Origin: an uncultured Thermoleophilia bacterium
GTDB lineage: Bacteria; Actinomycetota; Thermoleophilia; UBA2241
Assembly: GCA_963814545.1 (NCBI GenBank)
Contig: CAWFDC010000014.1
Location: forward strand, 201,387 to 265,386
Length of the DNA stretch: 64,000 nt
Reading direction: 5' to 3'
The notes beneath the pieces were generated by a model that saw only the letters and a program-made list of their open reading frames with translations, was not told where the DNA came from and ran no database searches. Within the stretch, counting starts at the first letter, position 1; every line of letters begins with the position of its first letter. The position numbers and the translations under genes were made by a program. Below, one piece after another: positions 56,948 through 64,000 of the stretch.

Positions 56948-56951
<4 letters not shown>
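56723..56951 (+). CDS. possible small membrane protein, frame-disrupted; ends uncertain
   Basis: MADSS... then ...GAVYGLGLIGALVYYIQTATGFWDGVWGVFQALFWPAFLIYELLGLV in another frame. A stop overlapping the OYE ATG appears only in a third frame. Confidence 0.25.
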
Positions 56952-58054
<1,103 letters not shown>

Positions 58055-58140
58055 GGACCCAGGCGGGCCCGAGGGCCGAGCAGGCGGCACGCGGGCGAAC
58101 GGACGGCAGCGCGACCGCGAAGCTCGAGGTGGCGGCCGCC

Positions 58141-59367
58141 TCAGTCGAGCGCGACGACGCGGTACGGGTTCTCGCAGGGCGGTCCGGCGCAGATGTGCAG
58201 GCGCCGCTCCTCGAGCTCCCAGACCATGCTCGCCGTCGTCGGCGAAGGCGCGTCGGGCCCCTCCCCACCGTGGCCGCAGATCGACGTCGGCGCGTTGGCG
58301 TGGTCGCGCAGCACCGCGCCGGCGAGGCCGACGGGGTCGACGCCCCGTCCCAAGCCGTCGCTCAGCAGCTCGCACGCCCGTGCGTGGCGGAGCCGCGACC
58401 CCGCCGACGTCGAGCCCTCGACCTCGAGCATCTCGTCCGCGAGGTAGTGGTTCGTATGCGCGAGCCACTCCCAGCCGTCGGTCACGGCACCGCCCTCGAT
58501 CACGGCCGCCCGGGAGGCCGACGTCTCGACGTCCCAGATGCGCCCGCCGGCCTGCCCGCAGAGGTGGTTCGAGCCGCGCGCGCGCTCGGAGAGCAGGGCG
58601 CGCGCCGTCGCCTCCCCCCGGGTCGGCGCTTCGAGCATCCAGCGACAGACGAGCGAGTTGGGCACGCCGGGCCGCAGGGCCGCGAGCGGCGCGCCGGCCG
58701 GCACTTCACCCGGCGCCTCGTGCCTGACGCCTCGTCCGGCGCGGCGGCCGGCGCGCCGGGCCGGCGCGTCGTCCGCCGGCGTCGTCCGCGCCGCCCCTCC
58801 GCGCGCGTAGACCGTGTTCGCACCGAAGGCCAGGCCGTGCGAGTTGAGCCCCGTCATCGCCAGGAGACCGGCCGTCGTCATCGCCAGGATCCGCGTGCCG
58901 TCCGGCGCCGCGATCCGCAGGAGCACCTGGTGCGCGATGTCCTGCTCCTCCCAGTCCTCGTTGTGCGCGACGACCGTGCGGCCTTCCCCGGCCAGCGCCA
59001 GGGACGTGCAGTGGCCGGGCTCCGGCGGCAGCGTGCAGGTCAGCTCCTCCCCGCAGTTCATCAGCAGGATCCGGGAGAACGGGACGGCGGCGCCTTCGGC
59101 CAGGCCGCGGAGCTCCTCCACGTACTGCGGCAGGCGTCGCTCCGCGGCAGCCAGGAGCGGCCGCGTCAGCGCCTCCGCCGTCGACAGCGACATGCCGCCG
59201 GCGAAGCGCTCGAAGTCGGCCTCGAACAGCGCGACGCGGCGCTCGATCAGCCGGCGAGCGCCCTCGCCGATCTGCCGGCCGATCTCGCGGTAGGACCCGG
59301 CGACCTCCAGAAGATCGAACGGAACGCCCACGCCTCTCCCCTCCATGCGCGCACGCGTATCCGCCAC
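58141..59367 (-). CDS. peptidase C45 / acyl-CoA:6-aminopenicillanic-acid acyltransferase family protein
   Basis: Single 408-aa ORF. SYREIGRQIG, the GHCTSLAL candidate autoprocessing Cys, and VVAHNEDW. A low-complexity Arg/Ala stretch sits in the middle. Confidence 0.6.
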   Translation of the reverse strand: MADTRARMEGRGVGVPFDLLEVAGSYREIGRQIGEGARRLIERRVALFEADFERFAGGMSLSTAEALTRPLLAAAERRLPQYVEELRGLAEGAAVPFSRILLMNCGEELTCTLPPEPGHCTSLALAGEGRTVVAHNEDWEEQDIAHQVLLRIAAPDGTRILAMTTAGLLAMTGLNSHGLAFGANTVYARGGAARTTPADDAPARRAGRRAGRGVRHEAPGEVPAGAPLAALRPGVPNSLVCRWMLEAPTRGEATARALLSERARGSNHLCGQAGGRIWDVETSASRAAVIEGGAVTDGWEWLAHTNHYLADEMLEVEGSTSAGSRLRHARACELLSDGLGRGVDPVGLAGAVLRDHANAPTSICGHGGEGPDAPSPTTASMVWELEERRLHICAGPPCENPYRVVALD

Positions 59368-59538
59368 GCGGCCGTCCGCCTGCGCGTCGAACCGATTTTG
59401 CCGCGACGCTACTCCGCCGCGCGACGGCGCGGCGCGCTCGCGGGCAGAAGCCCGCTCACGCTCGAAGGCACGCTACTGGCCTGCCTCCGTTCATCGCCCG
59501 TATTCTGTCCCGACCGCACGAACTGAAGGAGGCGCGCC

Positions 59539-59886
59539 ATGGGACGGCACGTGGATCTCTGGCTCGAGGGCTGGAGGAAGGGCGACGCGCAGATGGTCCT
59601 GAGCGCCGTGACCGACGACTTCGTCTACGAGGACGCCGTGGACGGGCGCTTCACGAGGGCCGAGTTCGCGACGTACCTCGAGGAGCTCTTCGCGACCGAG
59701 AGCACGCCGGAGGGCTTCGAGACCATCACCGACGTGGTCAGGTCCGAGAAGGACGGCGAGGAGACGACCTGGGGCTGGTGGACGACGCTGGCCGTGCCGG
59801 CGGAAGGAGCCGGACTGGTGAAGGCCCGGGCGGACGGAGTGTACTTCGAGCGCGTCGCCTACTACGTGAAGCCCCCGGCGGACTGA
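59539..59886 (+). CDS. NTF2/SnoaL-like small protein (paralog of 14085..14417)
   Basis: 115 aa; ...VTDDFVYEDAVDGRFTRAEFATYLEEL... Confidence 0.45.
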   Translation: MGRHVDLWLEGWRKGDAQMVLSAVTDDFVYEDAVDGRFTRAEFATYLEELFATESTPEGFETITDVVRSEKDGEETTWGWWTTLAVPAEGAGLVKARADGVYFERVAYYVKPPAD

Positions 59887-59909
59887 CACGACGGCGCAGG
59901 CGTATACGC

Positions 59910-59947
59910 GGCGAGGGCGGGCCGGATCCATCCGGCCCGCCCTCGCC
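59910..59947 (+). terminator. 18-bp perfect hairpin 24 nt after the NTF2-like gene
   Basis: ggcgagggcgggccggat-cc-atccggcccgccctcgcc. Confidence 0.5.
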
Positions 59948-60061
59948 GCGCCCTGCCTGCGCTCGGCCGCCGGTGTTCTCCGCGGCCGCCGATGCCGATA
60001 GGGTGATCGTGTCACGCCTGCCGTGCCGGCAGGCGCGACGAGGCACACGGCGCGGGAGCCC

Positions 60062-62002
60062 ATGAGAGTCATCGACTGTCCGGTCTGCGGTGCGAAGGTG
60101 AACGCACTCGTGCACCACTGCCCCGAGTGCGGCGCCGACCCGAGACTCGCACGCGAAGAGGCGGAGGCCGACCTGCGGGCGCGCGGCATCGCCCTGCCCG
60201 AAGCGGGACCGCAGCCGAGCGGGCCGGCGGCGGGGGCGGCGCCGGAACGGCTGCGGGAGCGACTCCGGGCAGGCGAAGTGACACCGGCCGCCGGGAGCGG
60301 CGCGGGTCGGCGGGCGCCGCGACCGGCCCGCCGGCGGCACTCCGGGACTGCTGTCGCCGGCGCCCTCCGTCACCGCGAGTCCGGCGGCGTGGCCGGCGGT
60401 GATCGGCGCCGCCCTCTTCATCCTGTGGGGCCTCGAGGCGCTGCCGCTGTGGCTCGCCCTCGCCCTCCTCCTCGTGTACCCGCTCTTCGTGCGCACGGCC
60501 GAGCACCGCCGCTGCCGCGAGCTCGCGGTCGACGTCGACGGCGGGCTCCAGCTCCTGCTGGGCATCGCCGCCGGCGTCATGTGGGTGGTCCTGCCGGCCG
60601 CACTCGGTGGATCGCTCTTCGACGCGACGGTGATCTTCTACCGCCAGCTCTCCGGCGGCGCGCTGCTCGAGCTGGTCCTCGTCGCCGGCGTCTTCGTGCC
60701 GCTGCTCTTCGGCCTCGTCTTCCGCTACCTGGAGCTGCGGGCCGGGAGCTGGTGGGCGCTCGCCCTGGTGACCGCGGCCTACGTGACCGTGGGTATCGTC
60801 GCCGAGCAGGGGGTCACCCTCTTCGGCGTCGCGTGGACGGCGCTCGCGGCGCTCGTCTACGCCCTCGCGTACCTGTCGACCCGTCGCCTCTGGCTCCCCA
60901 TCGGGCTGCGTGCCGGAGCCGCGCTCCTCGTCACCGACGCGCCCGTGTTCGGCCTCGACCTGCTCAAGGTCGCCAGACCCGACCTCGTGGGCCCGGACGC
61001 GACGCTGCACCTCGCGCTCCTCGGCGTCGCCGTCGCTCGTCATGCTCGCGGTCGCCCTCCGGCGCGGCGCCTTCGTCGGGCGCCGCCGCGCCTGGCACGC
61101 GCAGACGGGCCGCCCCCTCGCCTCTGCGGGCTGGGCGGCCTCGCCGTGGCCGCAGGCCGGCCTCTGGGCGGCGCTCGGCTGCGCCGCGCTCCTCGACGGC
61201 ATCTACTGGTACACCGGCGGAGACTGGTTCTGGCTGGCGCCCGCCGTGCCCCTCACGTACTGGGCCTACGTCCGCTTCGTCGAGCGGCGGACCTGCGTCG
61301 AGCTCGGCGGCGGCCTCCCGCGGGCCGTCGGCGGCGGTCGTCGCCGGTGCGGCGGCGGGGTTCGTGCTCAGTCTGCTCACGTGGTTGCCGGCTGCGGGCC
61401 CCTTCGCGGAGGGAGGATTCCTGGCGCCCGACGCGCTGACCGCCGAGCTGGTCGTCGCCACTCTGTTCTGGGCGCTCTGCGAGGAGGTCATCTGGCGGGG
61501 GCTCCTGCTGCGGTCGCTCGAGACCCGTTTGGGGAGCGGGCTGGCCCTGGTCGTCACCGCGCTGACGTTCGCGGTGTGGCACTGGCGGTGGGACTACTAC
61601 GCCCTGCTCGACCTGACCGTGGCGGGCGCGCTGTTCGGGGCGCTCTTCCTGCTGACCCGACGCGTCTGGCTGTCCACCGGTGTCCACACCGGGTGGAACC
61701 TCGCCCTCTGGGCGTGGACGGAACCGGAGATGTGGTGGTCTGCCACGTACGAGCTCATCCTGATGCTGGAGGGCGCGGCGATCCTCGCGGCGCTGCTGCT
61801 GGCGCGTCAGCGCGGGAGGCTCGTGCGGCGGCCCCGGGGCGGAGTGGCCGCAGCGCCGACGCCGATGACGCCGGCCGTCGCCGCGGCTGTGGCCGCGCCC
61901 GTGTCGGCCGGCGGCCTCGAGCCGCTGCCACTTCCGCCGCCGCCTCAGCCGCCGCCGCTGGGACCTCCGGGCGCGACGGCGCCGGAGGGTCAGACGTCGT
62001 AG
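60062..62002 (+). CDS. membrane protein with N-terminal zinc ribbon and CPBP (CAAX/Abi) intramembrane glutamic-protease domain(s), frame-disrupted (3 breaks)
   Basis: MRVIDCPVCGAKVNALVHHCPECG. Multi-TM region in ORF 60399. C-terminal CPBP motifs CEEVIWRG (EExxxR), FAVWH (FxxxH) and GVHTGWN. Frames run 2->0->1->2. Confidence 0.65.
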   Translation: MRVIDCPVCGAKVNALVHHCPECGADPRLAREEAEADLRARGIALPEAGPQPSGPAAGAAPERLRERLRAGEVTPAAGSGAGRRAPRPARRRHSGTAVAGALRHRESGGVAGGDRRRPLHPVGPRGAAAVARPRPPPRVPALRAHGRAPPLPRARGRRRRRAPAPAGHRRRRHVGGPAGRTRWIALRRDGDLLPPALRRRAARAGPRRRRLRAAALRPRLPLPGAAGRELVGARPGDRGLRDRGYRRRAGGHPLRRRVDGARGARLRPRVPVDPSPLAPHRAACRSRAPRHRRARVRPRPAQGRQTRPRGPGRDAAPRAPRRRRRSSCSRSPSGAAPSSGAAAPGTRRRAAPSPLRAGRPRRGRRPASGRRSAAPRSSTASTGTPAETGSGWRPPCPSRTGPTSASSSGGPASSSAAASRGPSAAVVAGAAAGFVLSLLTWLPAAGPFAEGGFLAPDALTAELVVATLFWALCEEVIWRGLLLRSLETRLGSGLALVVTALTFAVWHWRWDYYALLDLTVAGALFGALFLLTRRVWLSTGVHTGWNLALWAWTEPEMWWSATYELILMLEGAAILAALLLARQRGRLVRRPRGGVAAAPTPMTPAVAAAVAAPVSAGGLEPLPLPPPPQPPPLGPPGATAPEGQTS

Positions 62003-62048
62003 CCGGACGCGCCGGCGCCCGCGGCGCGGGCGCTCGGGCGCCGTCGAC

Positions 62049-62708
62049 TCAAGCGTCGCCCGGTCGCTCGCCGGCGCCCGGCTCCAGTCCGCGCGCCAGG
62101 ATCTCGAGGGCGGCGGCGCCCGGCGCCGGGAAGTCCCCGGGGCCGGGCAGGCGCTCCTGCATGGCGCGCTGCATGCCGTTCGCGAAGGGCACCGAGACCA
62201 CCACCGCGGCGGCCTCGAGCACGTCGACGTCGCCCCTGACCCTGCCGCGCTCCTGCTCCGCCCGCAGGTAGGCGGCGACGACCGCGACCGGGCCTCCCTG
62301 CAGGCCCATCGGCATGCGCTCACGGATGTAGACCTCGAAGCGCCGCGCCATCTCGGGGTCGGCCCAGATCGACGCCGTCAGCGACGTGGTGTGCTCGATC
62401 ATGCCGCTCAGGAGCTGCAGCAGGCGCTCGAGGTTCTCGCGCACCGTGCCCCGGCCGGCCCTCTCGGAGAAGTGCGCGAGCTCCTCGACCGTGTCGCCGG
62501 CGACCGCAAGGAACACCTCGTGGAAGAGCGCGTACTTGTCGTCGAAGTGCCGGTAGATGGTCCCCTCGGCCACGCCGGCCGCCTGCGCGATCTCCTTCGT
62601 CGTCGCGCGCGCGAACCCACGCTCGAGGAACACCCGTGTGGCGGCGTCGATCAAGACCTGGCGGGTGTCCGTCTTGCGTGGCGTCTTCTCCGCTCCGCCG
62701 GCGTTCAT
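62049..62708 (-). CDS. TetR/AcrR family transcriptional regulator
   Basis: Intact 219 aa with HTH ATTKEIAQAAGVAEGTIYRHFDDK. Confidence 0.85.
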   Translation of the reverse strand: MNAGGAEKTPRKTDTRQVLIDAATRVFLERGFARATTKEIAQAAGVAEGTIYRHFDDKYALFHEVFLAVAGDTVEELAHFSERAGRGTVRENLERLLQLLSGMIEHTTSLTASIWADPEMARRFEVYIRERMPMGLQGGPVAVVAAYLRAEQERGRVRGDVDVLEAAAVVVSVPFANGMQRAMQERLPGPGDFPAPGAAALEILARGLEPGAGERPGDA

Positions 62709-62798
62709 CGGTCCTCCTCCCGAAGGTCGCCCCCGGCTGCGACGGGGCGACCGATCACTGCCCGGTCCACGCCGTCCCCGCGCACGCCGCGTCCCGGT

Positions 62799-63592
62799 TC
62801 ACGCCGTGATGTCGCGGCGCCAGAACGTGATCACCGTCACCGCGAAGGCGACGACGACATACCCAGCGGAGACGACGGCGGCGGCGGCGAAGGTCATGTC
62901 GGCGGTCCCCCCCGTGGCGATGGCGCCGAACGCGGCGCCGGGCAGCCACTTGGCCGTGCTGTCGAGGAGCAGGCTGAGCACCCCCTCGAAGACGAGCAGA
63001 TACCCGATGCCGATGGCGATGGCGATGCCCGTGCTGCGCGTGATCATGCCGACGAACAGGCCGACGACGCCCCACAGCAGTACCGAGAGGGTCAGCTGGA
63101 CGTAGCCCTCGACGACGGTCCGCAGCAGGTCGGTCGTCCAGGCGTCGGTGCCGACCCCCGCGGTCTCGGCGATCGGTGGGGCGACGGCGAGGACGACCGC
63201 CGTCGTCACCAGCGTTGCGAGGCAGGTGAAGCGCGGTCAGCGCCACGACCTTGCCGGCGAGCAGGCGCCAGCGGCGGGGCTCGGCCTGCACGAGCAGCCG
63301 GATGAGCCCGCTCGAGTAGTCCGAGGTGACGGCGATCGCCCAGACGGTGAGGGCGACGATCCCCAGCATGCCGACGAAGTTCTGCAGACCGACGAACATG
63401 CCGTCGCCGGCCTCGAGCATGGCCACAGTCACGCGGTCGGCGCCGGGTGGCCCGTGAGTCACCCCGCTGGTCGCCGTGACAAGCACGATGGCCGTCGCCA
63501 GGAGCGCCGAAGAAGACCATGAGCCCGATGCCGCTGAGGAGCGTCGATGGGTTCCTCAGGCGGATGAGCTCGCTGCGGACCGCGCGGATCAT
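62799..63592 (-). CDS. ABC-2 type transporter permease, frame-disrupted (2 breaks)
   Basis: MIRAVRSELIRLRNPSTLL... is followed by about 6 TM segments spread over ORFs 63206..63592, 62755..63486 and 62799..63209. The start overlaps the ATPase stop. Confidence 0.65.
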
Positions 63593-64000
63593 GACGACAC
63601 CTCGGTCGGCGCGGGTCTCTCCGCCGCCGCGACGAGGCCGTCGGCGTCGGGCGCCGCGGCCGGGCGCCCGTTGTCGCCCGACTGCTCGCCGGTCATGCGC
63701 AGGAACACCTCTTCGAGGCTCACCTCGTGCGGGCGCAGCGCGCTGAGCGTGATGCCCGCCTGCGCCGCGGCACGGTTGACCTCGGCCGACGTCGACGCCG
63801 GCGCGGTGACCACCACGCGGCCGTCACCGACGCGCGCCGGCCAGCCGGTCGACACGAGCACCGCTGCGAGGCGCTCGACGTCCTCGAGGTGCTCCGGCAC
63901 GGCCGCGATGCACTCCCCCGCCTGGGCGACCAGCTCGCGCAGGGGACCCGAGAACAGGAGTCCGCCGTGGCGGATCATCACCAGCGTGTCGCACGCGGCC
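63589..64000 (-). CDS. ABC transporter ATP-binding protein, C-terminal part (5' end outside window)
   Basis: ...DTLVMIRHGGLLFSGPLREL... is typical of the post-H-loop region, followed by a C-terminal regulatory-like domain. It is followed by the ABC-2 permease. Confidence 0.6.
   Translation of the reverse strand, partial: AACDTLVMIRHGGLLFSGPLRELVAQAGECIAAVPEHLEDVERLAAVLVSTGWPARVGDGRVVVTAPASTSAEVNRAAAQAGITLSALRPHEVSLEEVFLRMTGEQSGDNGRPAAAPDADGLVAAAERPAPTEVSS

Noticed and set aside
58600-58830. Hidden frameshift pair inside the C45 peptidase ORF (Arg/Ala-rich middle segment RGGAARTTPADDAPARRAGRRAGRG...)
   Set aside because: The ORF is continuous in the track and I cannot show a better-conserved alternative frame by eye. 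It is noted as low-complexity only. A frameshift-aware alignment would decide.

Overview
High-GC (~70%) bacterial window, probably an anaerobic Actinomycetota-like lineage (inference from composition and gene content only). No rRNA, CRISPR array, transposase or integrase was seen.

**Hydrogen metabolism dominates:**
- 129-5883 (+): an [FeFe]-hydrogenase maturase set, hydG / TM1266-like regulator / aspartate-ammonia-lyase-like / hydF / hydE. No structural hydA lies in the window.
- 21160-34403 (-): a canonical hdrCBA-mvhDGA operon (group-3c-like [NiFe] hydrogenase plus heterodisulfide-reductase-like module). It is followed by an endopeptidase, an unusual GT-A-like/zinc-ribbon gene, and hypF-hypC-hypD-hypE.
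- 39875-48296 (+): a second, non-canonical hydrogenase operon. HdrB/HdrC are replaced by a QmoC-like FeS + membrane cytochrome-b-type fusion, flanked by two divergent HdrA paralogs. MvhD, MvhG, MvhA, an endopeptidase and a 68-aa zinc-ribbon protein follow. This Qmo-like/Mvh hybrid and the zinc-ribbon genes recurring after both endopeptidases are the most interesting candidates.

**Between and around the clusters:**
- Five tRNAs: Pro, Met, Tyr and two Thr.
- A vapBC pair with a palindromic operator.
- A lower-GC class-II Fic islet next to tRNA-Thr.
- An orphan kdd gene and a NarL-type two-component system.
- Housekeeping and accessory enzymes: photolyase, carboxylesterase, SDR, decarboxylase/agmatinase pair, class II aldolase, amidase, ZIP, OYE, C45 peptidase, CPBP protease, TetR and an ABC-2 transporter.

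**Sequence quality:** about 23 otherwise well-conserved genes are split over 2-5 reading frames, with roughly 40 junctions by my manual count. Nearly all junctions shift in the +1 (single-base gain) direction. This looks like systematic indel error rather than pseudogenisation, so gene spans are given across the breaks.

**Coordinates:** CDS ends are anchored on the ORF track. tRNAs, hairpins and motifs were indexed by eye and may be off by 1-2 nt.
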